This document shows positions 1-8,338 of a stretch of DNA of 58,825 nucleotides, in pieces; positions within the stretch are counted from its first letter, which is position 1, and every line of letters begins with the position of its first letter. The stretch spans positions 1 through 58,825 of the forward strand of contig CANQIS010000001.1 in the NCBI GenBank assembly GCA_947624115.1, in the 5' to 3' direction. Position numbers and translations under genes: made by a program. The notes beneath the pieces were generated by a model that did no database searches, was not told the origin of the DNA, and saw only the letters and a program-made list of their open reading frames with translations. The stretch is from an uncultured Bacilli bacterium (lineage in GTDB: Bacteria; Bacillota_I; Bacilli_A; RF39; UBA660).

Positions 1-125
1 TCAACTACCAAAATTTTAAATTTTATTTAATTATTAAGTTAAATAACTAATTTTAAATGATTTAAAATAAAGGCAAAAGTATTTAAATAAACTTAGAAGT
101 GCGTGAATACTAACCGCCCACTGAA

Positions 126-151
126 GAGTCAGCAAAAACTGGCTCATTTTT
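126..151 (+). terminator. Intrinsic-terminator-like hairpin for a gene lying upstream of the window
   Basis: GAGTCAG (126-132) / CTGGCTC (139-145) form a 7-bp stem with one G-U pair and a 6-nt loop, followed by ATTTTT. Confidence 0.35.
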
Positions 152-257
152 GTATATATAAAAGAAATTTTTAGAATTAATTATTTAATTTTGTAACAAC
201 CCCCTTTTTTGACAAATATTATTAATTACTTATTATATATTGTTTACGGTGATATAA

Positions 258-431
258 ATGAAAGTAAAAATTTTTGATGAAGCTCATGAAAAAGACTTGG
301 AACTTGCTATAAATGCTTTCTTAGACGACTTTGAAGGTGAAATTATAGATATCAAATATCAAGTTTCGGTCAGTGTTTTTTCAGAGGAACAAATATATTG
401 TTTTTCAGCCATGATTGTATATACAAAATAA
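258..431 (+). CDS. Small sporulation protein, Cse60-like (57 aa)
   Basis: ORF below the track size cut-off: MKVKIFDEAHEKDLELAINAFLDDFEGEIIDIKYQVSVSVFSEEQIYCFSAMIVYTK. The pattern KIFDE.HEKDLE...DIKYQV...YCFSA matches the Cse60 family as I remember it. A TTGACA(209-214)-16-TATTAT promoter-like site lies upstream. Confidence 0.6.
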   Translation: MKVKIFDEAHEKDLELAINAFLDDFEGEIIDIKYQVSVSVFSEEQIYCFSAMIVYTK

Positions 432-499
432 AATATTTGTGATTAAAAATTATATTTATATATCAAAATAAACATAGAATATAAATGAGGAGGGAAATT

Positions 500-2824
500 A
501 TGTTTGGAAATTTTACAGAAGAGGCAAGAAAAATATTAACCAATGCTAGAAAAGAAATGTATGACCTAAAACACCCATATATTGGTAGTGAACATTTATT
601 ACTGGCCATTTTAAAAGATAAAAACGATATATCAAAAAAATTATTAGAATATAAATTAGATTATGATAAATTAAAAGCAGAAATAATAAATATTGTTGGT
701 ATAGGTTCCAAAGAAAGTGAATGGTTTTTATATACTCCTTTATTAAAACGAATCATTGAAAACGCTATTATCGATAGTAAGGAAAATAATAATGGAAATG
801 TGACAATAGAACATTTATTTGCTAGTTTATTAGAAGAAGGAGAAGGAGTAGCTATTCGTATAATGCTTGGTCTAAATATCGACCTAGAAGAATTATATAA
901 TGAATTTTCATATAGACTAGTCAATAAAAATAGAGGTAAAAAAACAAAAAAATTACTATTAGAAGAATTAGGTGTTGATTTGACTAAAAAAGCGTTAAAT
1001 GGTGATATAGATCCTGTTATTGGTCGCGATAAAGAAATAAAAAGAGTATTAGAAATATTATCACGTCGAACTAAAAATAATCCCTTATTAGTAGGTGAAG
1101 CCGGTGTTGGCAAAACTGCTATTGTTGAAGAATTAAGCAAAATGATTGCTTATGGTGATGTCCCACTTTCATTAAAAAATAAAAGAATTATTAGCCTCGA
1201 TATGGCAACAACCGTAGCCGGAACAAAATATCGTGGTGAATTTGAAGAACGTATAAGGAAGATTATTAAAGAAATTGAAGAAAATGATGATATAATTTTA
1301 TTTATTGATGAAATTCATACTTTAGTAGGAGCTGGTGGAGCAGAGGGAGCAATTGATGCTTCAAATATTTTTAAACCAGCTTTAGCACGTGGCAAATTAC
1401 GTTGTATAGGAGCAACAACCCTAGATGAATATAAAAAATTTATTGAAGTAGATGGTGCTTTAGAAAGACGTTTTCAAAAAGTTATAATAGAAACACCAAA
1501 TAAACAAACAGTGAAAGAAATATTATTAAAATTAAAAAATATTTATGAAAAATTTCACCTAGTAACTATTAGTGATGAAATAATAGATTTCATTATTGAA
1601 ATGTCAGAAAAATATATATATGACCGAAATCAACCAGATAAGGCTATCGATTTACTAGATGAAGTATGTGCTAAAGTAAGTTTAACAGAAAGTAGAGAAT
1701 TTAAAAAATATAATCATTTAAATAAAGACTTACAACAAATTCTAAAAGATAAAAACAAAGCTATTATTGATGGGAATTTTAATGATGCTGCTACTTTAAA
1801 AGAGCAAGAAAATATATTAATGGATAAAATAAATAAATTAGAACTTAATTTATATAAAAAAGATAAATATAATACAGTAACAAAAGATGATGTAGCTAGC
1901 GTTGTTAATATAAAAACAAAGATTCCTGTTTACGAATTGTTAAATGACAATATTTATATTATAAATAAGCTAGAAAAAAACTTAAAAGATAAAATTATTG
2001 GTCAAGATAAGGCAATTGAAAATACACTTAAAATTGCCAAAAGAATCAAATTAGGATTTCGAGATGACAACAAATGTTACGCTATGCTATTTTGTGGAGC
2101 AACCGGTGTTGGTAAAACAGGATTAGCTAAAATTTTTGGTGAAAACTTAGTAGGAAAAGATAATGTAATCAAAATTGATATGGGTGAATATACTGAGGAA
2201 CATTCTATTAGTAAGATAATTGGAGCACCTCCTGGCTATGTTGGATATTCAGACAATAAAAATATTTTAGAAATAATTAGAAATAAGCCATATTCAGTTT
2301 TAATACTAGATGAAATAGAAAAAGCTTCATCTAACGTTATTAATTTATTTTTTGAAATTTTAGATGATGGAAAAATAAAAGATGCTACTGGTCGTGAAAT
2401 AAGATTTGATAATGTTACGATTATAATGACTTCTAATATTGGCTTTAATGATATAAATATAGGTTTTAATAAAATAAATAATGATGTAGTATTAACTAAA
2501 TTAAAAGAATACTTCTCATTACCATTTATAAATAGAATTGACAATATTATAGTTTTTAATAAATTAACCAATAACAACATTCAAGAAATAACTAATCAAA
2601 AATTAGAAATTTTAAAACAGAAATATGCTAAAAGAAAAATAAAATTACGTTTCTCTAAAGAATTAATAATGGAAATAGTAAACGATTCAAATTACGAAGA
2701 ATTTGGAGCAAGAAAAATTGATAAAATACTTAAAGATAAAATAGAAAATCAAATAATTGAAAAAGTCATCGAAGGGAAAAAAAATATTGTTATTAATTCA
2801 AATTTTGAAAAAAGTTCTGTTTAG
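500..2824 (+). CDS. clpC: ATP-dependent Clp protease ATP-binding subunit ClpC
   Basis: AGGAGG at 487-492 favours ATG 500 over the track start 485. N-terminal Clp repeats ([19 protein letters not shown]). Two AAA+ modules with Walker [10 protein letters not shown] and GATGVGKTG and Walker B ILFIDEIH and VLILDEIE. Confidence 0.9.
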   Translation: MFGNFTEEARKILTNARKEMYDLKHPYIGSEHLLLAILKDKNDISKKLLEYKLDYDKLKAEIINIVGIGSKESEWFLYTPLLKRIIENAIIDSKENNNGNVTIEHLFASLLEEGEGVAIRIMLGLNIDLEELYNEFSYRLVNKNRGKKTKKLLLEELGVDLTKKALNGDIDPVIGRDKEIKRVLEILSRRTKNNPLLVGEAGVGKTAIVEELSKMIAYGDVPLSLKNKRIISLDMATTVAGTKYRGEFEERIRKIIKEIEENDDIILFIDEIHTLVGAGGAEGAIDASNIFKPALARGKLRCIGATTLDEYKKFIEVDGALERRFQKVIIETPNKQTVKEILLKLKNIYEKFHLVTISDEIIDFIIEMSEKYIYDRNQPDKAIDLLDEVCAKVSLTESREFKKYNHLNKDLQQILKDKNKAIIDGNFNDAATLKEQENILMDKINKLELNLYKKDKYNTVTKDDVASVVNIKTKIPVYELLNDNIYIINKLEKNLKDKIIGQDKAIENTLKIAKRIKLGFRDDNKCYAMLFCGATGVGKTGLAKIFGENLVGKDNVIKIDMGEYTEEHSISKIIGAPPGYVGYSDNKNILEIIRNKPYSVLILDEIEKASSNVINLFFEILDDGKIKDATGREIRFDNVTIIMTSNIGFNDINIGFNKINNDVVLTKLKEYFSLPFINRIDNIIVFNKLTNNNIQEITNQKLEILKQKYAKRKIKLRFSKELIMEIVNDSNYEEFGARKIDKILKDKIENQIIEKVIEGKKNIVINSNFEKSSV

Positions 2825-2871
2825 ACTTTTTTTTTTGCGTATTTTGTGCTACAATTATTTAAGGTGATAGT

Positions 2872-3699
2872 ATGATTACTCTTGAGCAAATACAAGAATC
2901 TCTTAGAAAAAATCCAAATTTAACTGATGCTATAAAAGGTAATTTATTTGAATTAACTAGTATTTTTCATTCTAATTATCCACAAGTAGATTTAACTAAT
3001 TTAGATAATAGATTGAAAACAATAAACATAGATTCAGGTAGTAAGTATGTGTATAACGAAGTTGCTAATTATAATCCGACTACCAATCAAATTTATTTAA
3101 ATGTCGAAGAATTAAATAAAGATAATGACATGAAACATGTTATGATGTGTCAATTATTACAAGTTATCACAGCTAAAGATAATGCTGTTGGCTTTAATAG
3201 AAATAATAAATTTTCAGCTCTTAACATAGGTTATACAGAAATAATAGCAAATAATTTAGTCGGTAATGAAAGTGATAAAGATTATCATACTGATGAAGTA
3301 ATCGCAACTGATTTAATTGCTAACATGGTTGGACTTGATGTTATAGAACAATCTTATTTTAACAACAATTCAAGTTTATTAACAGAGTCATTGACAAAAA
3401 TTGGTTTAAATCCTAAAGTAAATGAAATGATGAATTATAATATGGTATATGGTACTAATAGCAAGAAAAGTAAATTACCAGAAATTATATTAGAAATAAG
3501 TAAAACATCAATCCAAAATGGTACATGGAATAGTATGCAAGAAAAATTTGATATAAATATTCCTTCCGCTGAATGTTTTGAAAACCCCAATCGTTACTCT
3601 GACTTAAAATATTTTAAACAATTTACCAACTATGTTACTAACGTTATGAACTCAGAAATCATACAAGAAGAAGCAAATTATGGCAATAAAATGAAATAA
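2872..3699 (+). CDS. Hypothetical protein (275 aa)
   Basis: Long ORF with an AAGGTGA ribosome-binding site upstream; no motif recognised. Confidence 0.6.
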   Translation: MITLEQIQESLRKNPNLTDAIKGNLFELTSIFHSNYPQVDLTNLDNRLKTINIDSGSKYVYNEVANYNPTTNQIYLNVEELNKDNDMKHVMMCQLLQVITAKDNAVGFNRNNKFSALNIGYTEIIANNLVGNESDKDYHTDEVIATDLIANMVGLDVIEQSYFNNNSSLLTESLTKIGLNPKVNEMMNYNMVYGTNSKKSKLPEIILEISKTSIQNGTWNSMQEKFDINIPSAECFENPNRYSDLKYFKQFTNYVTNVMNSEIIQEEANYGNKMK

Positions 3700-3733
3700 A
3701 ATCAAAAAAATTTAAATTTTTTTGATTTTTTTT
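3700..3733 (+). terminator. Intrinsic terminator
   Basis: AATCAAAAAAA...TTTTTTTGATT inverted repeat followed by a T-run. Confidence 0.5.
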
Positions 3734-3793
3734 GTCAAAAAAAAAGGATTTTTTAATAGTTTTTTATTATGTTATAAGTGAGGAGGTGATTTG

Positions 3794-5884
3794 ATGCTAA
3801 AAAAATATCCGTTTGTAAAACAAACAGGCATTAAAGATTGTGGTGTTGCATGCTTGCAAATGATTATAAGATATTATCAAGGCTATTTAAGTATGAGGAA
3901 ACTACAGGATATGACCAAGACAACAAAAAATGGTACCACAGCTTTTCATATTATAGAAGCCGCAAAACAAATTGGATTTGAAGCTAGTGGCGTCAAAGCT
4001 GATTTAAAAGCTATGAATGACCAAAATATGATTTTACCATGTATTGCTAATGTGACAATTAATAACACATATAATCACTATGTAGTAATATATGAGATAA
4101 ATTATAGAAAAAAATTTATGATAATAGCAGATCCTTCAAGTGGAATCAAAAAAATGCCTTTTAATGAATTTGAAAAAATATGGAACAATATTATTTTATT
4201 CATGTATCCAATAACAAAACTCCCCTTATATACTAAAGAACCAAATTTATTGGAAATATTTATAAATATAATTATTTTTTATAAAAAATTTATTTTGCAT
4301 ATAACTATTATTTCCTGTTTTTATACTATCTTTCTACTATTGAGTTCTTATTATTTTAAATTTATTACTGATAGTGTCTTGACACAATCAAAAAATTATA
4401 TGATTTTCTTATTTATATTATTTGCTATGTTTAATGGATTAAAAAATCTGTCTAATTATTGTCGCAATAAACTCCAAATTTATTTGAGTGAAAAAATTGA
4501 TCTATTGTTTACAAGCAGTATTTTTAAAAGCATTATATTACTTCCGTATAATTATTATCGTAATCATACAACTGGTGAAATTGTATCACGTATGAATGAT
4601 TTAGGAAAAATAAGAGAAATTATTAGTAAAATTATAATTAGTGTTTTTATTGACTTGCCAATAGCCTTTGTATCTTTTATAGTTCTTTATTTTATAAACT
4701 CAACATTATTTTTTATTTCATCAATAATTATTATACTGTTCATTATTATAGCCTCTATCTTTACCAAATTTATAAAACGTAATGTTGAAAATGCTCAAAT
4801 AAAAAGAGCCGAATATACATCATATATGGTTGAAAGTATAACCGGCTTTGAGAGTGTAAAAGGTCTTAGCATGGAAAAAAATGTTATCGACAAATTCCAA
4901 AACAAATATATTAATTATTTGAAAAAAATTTTTAGTTTAGAATCAATTTATAATAACAGCTCTGCTTTAAAACAATTACTTTTTGATATAGGTTCTTTAT
5001 GCGTGTTGTTTGTTGGAGGTTTACTAATTATAGATGGTAAATTAACTTTAGGCAATTTACTTGTCTTTAATACTTTACTAAATTATTTACTACTACCAAT
5101 TGATAATGCTATAGAATATAATATTTCAATAAGAGAAGCTAATAATGCTTTAAAAAGAATATTAGAAATTATAGTTGAAGAAGAAACTAAAGGAAATATA
5201 GATAATAAAATATATGGCGACATAACAGTTAAAAATTTAAATTATAGTTATAATGATCGTGATTATGTTTTAAAAAATGTTAATTTAGATATAAGAAAAA
5301 AAGAAAAAATAGTTTTTATTGGAGATAGTGGCAGTGGAAAAAGTACATTAGTTAAATTATTATTACAATATTATCCATTAAGTAGAAATAAAATCTATAT
5401 AGATAATGTAGATATTAATGATTACCGTAATAACTGTATAAAAAATAATATTGTTTATATATCCCAAAACGAAACACTTTTTACTGACACATTGTATAAT
5501 AATATCACTCTAGACGAAAAAATAGATAATGATAAATTTTTAGAAATTACTAAAATTTGTCACGTAGATAACATAATAAAAACAAATAATCTAGGTTATA
5601 ATATGCTAATTGAAGAGAATGGTTTTAATTTATCAGGTGGTGAAAAACAGCGAATTGTTTTAGCAAGAAGTTTGATGAGAAATTTTGAAATCTTAATAAT
5701 CGATGAAGGATTAAATCAAGTTGATACTAATTTAGAAAGAAAAATATTAAAAAATATTTTGACTAAATTCTCTAATAAAACAATTATTTTCATCTCACAT
5801 CGTTTAGATAATATTGACTTATTTAATCATCTAGTCGAATTTTCAAATCATAAAATAAAGAGGAATATTTATAAAACTAGCTGA
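3794..5884 (+). CDS. Bacteriocin-processing ABC transporter with N-terminal C39 peptidase domain (ComA/LagD type)
   Basis: AGGAGGTGA RBS, then TTG ATG. C39 catalytic Cys context QTGIKDCGVACLQMI and His context NHYVVIYEI. Multiple TM segments. Walker A GDSGSGKST, signature LSGGEKQR, Walker B ILIIDEG. Confidence 0.9.
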   Translation: MLKKYPFVKQTGIKDCGVACLQMIIRYYQGYLSMRKLQDMTKTTKNGTTAFHIIEAAKQIGFEASGVKADLKAMNDQNMILPCIANVTINNTYNHYVVIYEINYRKKFMIIADPSSGIKKMPFNEFEKIWNNIILFMYPITKLPLYTKEPNLLEIFINIIIFYKKFILHITIISCFYTIFLLLSSYYFKFITDSVLTQSKNYMIFLFILFAMFNGLKNLSNYCRNKLQIYLSEKIDLLFTSSIFKSIILLPYNYYRNHTTGEIVSRMNDLGKIREIISKIIISVFIDLPIAFVSFIVLYFINSTLFFISSIIIILFIIIASIFTKFIKRNVENAQIKRAEYTSYMVESITGFESVKGLSMEKNVIDKFQNKYINYLKKIFSLESIYNNSSALKQLLFDIGSLCVLFVGGLLIIDGKLTLGNLLVFNTLLNYLLLPIDNAIEYNISIREANNALKRILEIIVEEETKGNIDNKIYGDITVKNLNYSYNDRDYVLKNVNLDIRKKEKIVFIGDSGSGKSTLVKLLLQYYPLSRNKIYIDNVDINDYRNNCIKNNIVYISQNETLFTDTLYNNITLDEKIDNDKFLEITKICHVDNIIKTNNLGYNMLIEENGFNLSGGEKQRIVLARSLMRNFEILIIDEGLNQVDTNLERKILKNILTKFSNKTIIFISHRLDNIDLFNHLVEFSNHKIKRNIYKTS

Positions 5885-6320
5885 TATAAAAAAATTTGAA
5901 AATAATGATGAAATATTTCTTCTTAGAGAACCATCTAAAATATATTCTTTTACCACTATATTAATAATTTCAACAATTCTTTTCTTAATAATTAGTAATT
6001 TATTATATTATGATAAGTCAAAGACATTTATATCGACTATAACATATAATGAAGATAACATCTATTTAAATATTACACTTCAGTCTAATATCTTAAAAGA
6101 ATTAGACGATTATAAACTAATAATTGAAGACCATTATTATGATTATACAATTATAGATATTGAGAAAAACGAATATGATAATAATTATAAAATTAATCTA
6201 ATGATTAGATTTGATCAATCATTGATTAAACAAAAATACCTCGTTATAACTTTAAGACGAGGAAAGACAAACTTGTTCAAAGAAATAATCAAAGGAATAA
6301 AGGAGGAATTTAATATATGA
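5859..6320 (+). CDS. Possible bacteriocin-export accessory membrane protein; open frame without a canonical start codon
   Basis: 153 stop-free codons (..FENNDEIFLLREPSKIYSFTTILIISTILFLIISNLLYYDKSKTF..) with one N-terminal TM segment. Its TGA overlaps the ATG of the first bacteriocin gene. No in-frame ATG/GTG/TTG occurs until about 6200. ATGATG at 5905-5910 is in the adjacent frame. Confidence 0.3.
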   Translation, partial: RGIFIKLADIKKFENNDEIFLLREPSKIYSFTTILIISTILFLIISNLLYYDKSKTFISTITYNEDNIYLNITLQSNILKELDDYKLIIEDHYYDYTIIDIEKNEYDNNYKINLMIRFDQSLIKQKYLVITLRRGKTNLFKEIIKGIKEEFNI

Positions 6321-6454
6321 TTAAACTTGAAAATGAGCAGTTAAAAAAAATTAATGGTGGTGGTGTTGGAGCTTGGTTTTTAATTGGTGGTATAATTGTT
6401 TTTTTGATTGGTGTTGCTGATGGATATGTAAGACCACTTGCATGCAATAATTAA
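6317..6454 (+). CDS. Double-glycine-leader class II bacteriocin precursor A (45 aa)
   Basis: Not in the ORF track. MIKLENEQLKKINGG | GVGAWFLIGGIIVFLIGVADGYVRPLACNN. Typical 15-aa GG leader; hydrophobic Gly-rich mature peptide with a GxxxG motif (GVADG). Confidence 0.85.
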   Translation: MIKLENEQLKKINGGGVGAWFLIGGIIVFLIGVADGYVRPLACNN

Positions 6455-6465
6455 GGAGGTTAAAT

Positions 6466-6624
6466 ATGATAGAATTAAACAAAGAAGAATTATTAAATAT
6501 TAGTGGAGGTAGCATTTCAGGTACTATGATCAATGCTTTTGCAAGAGCTATAAATTCCATACTTGATTTGGGTCGAAGTTTAGGCAACGCTATTAGAAGA
6601 ATAAGTACTGGAAATTTATGTTAA
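6466..6624 (+). CDS. Double-glycine-leader class II bacteriocin precursor B (52 aa)
   Basis: Not in the ORF track. AAGGAGG RBS at 6453-6459. MIELNKEELLNISGG | SISGTMINAFARAINSILDLGRSLGNAIRRISTGNLC. Cationic amphipathic mature peptide with a GxxxG motif (GRSLG). Confidence 0.85.
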   Translation: MIELNKEELLNISGGSISGTMINAFARAINSILDLGRSLGNAIRRISTGNLC

Positions 6625-6800
6625 ACACAATAAAACAAAATAAGTTATTAAAAATTAGTCTACTAATAATTTTGATATTTTGTACCATAATATTTATAAT
6701 GCCACTTTTTAGCCTATTAGTAGAGATTATTTCTAATGCAGGTAGAATTGTAGGTACTATGATAAGAAATCATGTTAGTCTATGCTTGCTTCTTTTATAA
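6618..6800 (+). CDS. Putative bacteriocin immunity protein (60 aa, membrane)
   Basis: Start overlaps the end of precursor B. One or two hydrophobic helices. Positioned as the last gene of the locus. Confidence 0.5.
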   Translation: MLNTIKQNKLLKISLLIILIFCTIIFIMPLFSLLVEIISNAGRIVGTMIRNHVSLCLLLL

Positions 6801-6827
6801 AAAAGAGAAAAAAATCTCTTTTTTTTG
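6801..6827 (+). terminator. Intrinsic terminator of the bacteriocin operon
   Basis: AAAAGAGA / TCTCTTTT hairpin followed by a T-run. Confidence 0.55.
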
Positions 6828-6905
6828 TCTTTTTAACAAAATTTATTGAAAAATAAGTATTCAAGTGATATAATAACACTAGTTTTAGAAGGGAGGGATA
6901 CTAAA

Positions 6906-7109
6906 ATGACAAAAGTTGTTGTCCATAATGGAAATGTTGAAAGTGCTATACGTACTTTAAAACAAAGAAATGCAAAAAGTGGCCTCCAAAAAGAAATTAG
7001 AGAAAGACAAGAAGGATATTTAAAACCAGGAGTAAAGCGTAGAAAAGCAAGAGAAGAAGCTATTAAAAATAGTCGTAAAAGAAATAGAGAATATAATAGA
7101 GCCGCATAA
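6906..7109 (+). CDS. rpsU: 30S ribosomal protein S21
   Basis: GGGAGGGA RBS then ATG 6906 (the track start 6846 is an upstream extension). MTKVVVHNGNVESAIRTLKQRNAKSGLQKEIRERQEGYLKPGVKRRKAREEA is a typical S21. Confidence 0.9.
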   Translation: MTKVVVHNGNVESAIRTLKQRNAKSGLQKEIRERQEGYLKPGVKRRKAREEAIKNSRKRNREYNRAA

Positions 7110-7121
7110 TGTGGCTTTTTA
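7101..7121 (+). terminator. Intrinsic terminator/attenuator overlapping the rpsU stop
   Basis: GCCGCA-TAA-TGTGGC hairpin followed by TTTTT. Confidence 0.45.
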
Positions 7122-7140
7122 TTAAAGAAAGGAAAATTGT

Positions 7141-7584
7141 ATGAGAGAAAAAATATTAGAAGATCTAAAGTCAGCCATGAAAGCTCAAGATAAAGAAAAA
7201 TTATCAGTAGTCAGAATGGTTAAAGGTGCTATTCAAATGGAAGAACTAAATAAAAAACATCAATTATCAGATGACGAAGTAATTTCAATTATTGCAAAAC
7301 AAATTAAATCTAGAAAAGAAGCAATTATTGAATTTGAAAAAGCAAATCGTACAGATTTAATTAATCAAAATCAGAAAGAAATTGAAATCCTTAATACATA
7401 TATGCCAAAACAATTAAGTGAGGAAGAAATAATTAAAGTAATCGATGAAGCCTTTTCTAAAATTAATCCAACTTCCGAACGAGACATGGGAAAAATAATT
7501 GGCTCTATTTCACCTATTTTAAAAGGAAAAGCCGATATGAGTTTAGTTAGTAAAATGGTTAAAGAAAAATTAAATAATTTATAA
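7141..7584 (+). CDS. yqeY: GatB/YqeY domain protein
   Basis: MREKILEDLKSAMKAQDKEKLSVVRMVKGAIQ... is a typical YqeY N-terminus. The rpsU-yqeY adjacency is conserved in Bacillota. Confidence 0.85.
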   Translation: MREKILEDLKSAMKAQDKEKLSVVRMVKGAIQMEELNKKHQLSDDEVISIIAKQIKSRKEAIIEFEKANRTDLINQNQKEIEILNTYMPKQLSEEEIIKVIDEAFSKINPTSERDMGKIIGSISPILKGKADMSLVSKMVKEKLNNL

Positions 7585-7654
7585 TATTTATTAAGGTTAT
7601 ACATTGTATAGCTTTTTATTTTATAAATACAAAAAATTAAAAGGAAACTAATTT

Positions 7655-8257
7655 ATGGCAAAATTATATTTCAGATATGGTGCAATGAATACTGGTAAAA
7701 GTACCATTTTATTACAGACAGCGTATAATTATCAAGAAAAAAATTTAAAATGTATATTAATAAAACCAAAAATTGATACTAAAGGTGAAGATACTATTAT
7801 TTCTAGAATTGAAATTTGTCAAAAAGTTGACATTCTAATTAATCATGATGAAAGTTTATTAACAAATAAATATTTAGATAAAATAAAAAAATCAAATTGT
7901 GTTTTAGTAGATGAAAGCCAATTTTTAAGTGAAAACCAAATTAATGAATTATGGTATATAAATAAATTATTAGATATTCCTGTTATTTGTTATGGAATTA
8001 GAACAGATTTTAAAAGTGAATTATTTGAAGGTAGTAAAAGATTAATGGAATTAGCTGATGAAATTGAAGAAATACCTACTATTTGCAAATGTGGAAATAA
8101 GGCAAGATTTAATGCTAGAATAACTAATAATGAATATGTAAGTAGTGGAGATCCCATAGGGATTGATAATAATAAAAATATAAGATATGAATCACTTTGT
8201 GGAAAATGTTATATTGAAAAAGTAAAAAAATATACATTTAAACAACAAAAATTTTAA
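7655..8257 (+). CDS. tdk: Thymidine kinase
   Basis: P-loop GAMNTGKST, VDESQF, and a C-terminal zinc ribbon CKCG...CGKCY. Confidence 0.9.
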   Translation: MAKLYFRYGAMNTGKSTILLQTAYNYQEKNLKCILIKPKIDTKGEDTIISRIEICQKVDILINHDESLLTNKYLDKIKKSNCVLVDESQFLSENQINELWYINKLLDIPVICYGIRTDFKSELFEGSKRLMELADEIEEIPTICKCGNKARFNARITNNEYVSSGDPIGIDNNKNIRYESLCGKCYIEKVKKYTFKQQKF

Positions 8258-8338
8258 TTTATTAAAATTATAGTTAAATTAACAAGAAATAATATTTATT
8301 ACACATTAAATTTTTGATATAATTTATATGGTGGTAGT

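Noticed and set aside
485-499. Upstream start codons used by the ORF track (485, 3791, 6846, 32638, 34899, 37844, 39449, 44147, 47306).
   Set aside because: In each case a downstream ATG or GTG has better Shine-Dalgarno spacing (for example AGGAGG 487-492 then ATG 500) or avoids overlap with the preceding gene. The extensions add non-conserved residues.
661-1140. Antisense or alternate-frame ORFs from the track that lie inside well-supported genes. They are 661-1140, 2236-2580, 6351-6587, 7371-7604, 8805-9029, 11379-11585, 12007-12240, 16153-16362, 17643-17840, 18090-18293, 18348-18737, 19315-19593, 19487-19714, 23287-23493, 30808-31032, 32732-33043, 36232-36456, 40528-40716, 40643-40879, 42485-42718, 48244-48447 and 55122-55307.
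   Set aside because: Each is fully embedded in a longer ORF with clear family motifs, lacks an RBS, and has the odd composition expected of shadow frames in AT-rich DNA.
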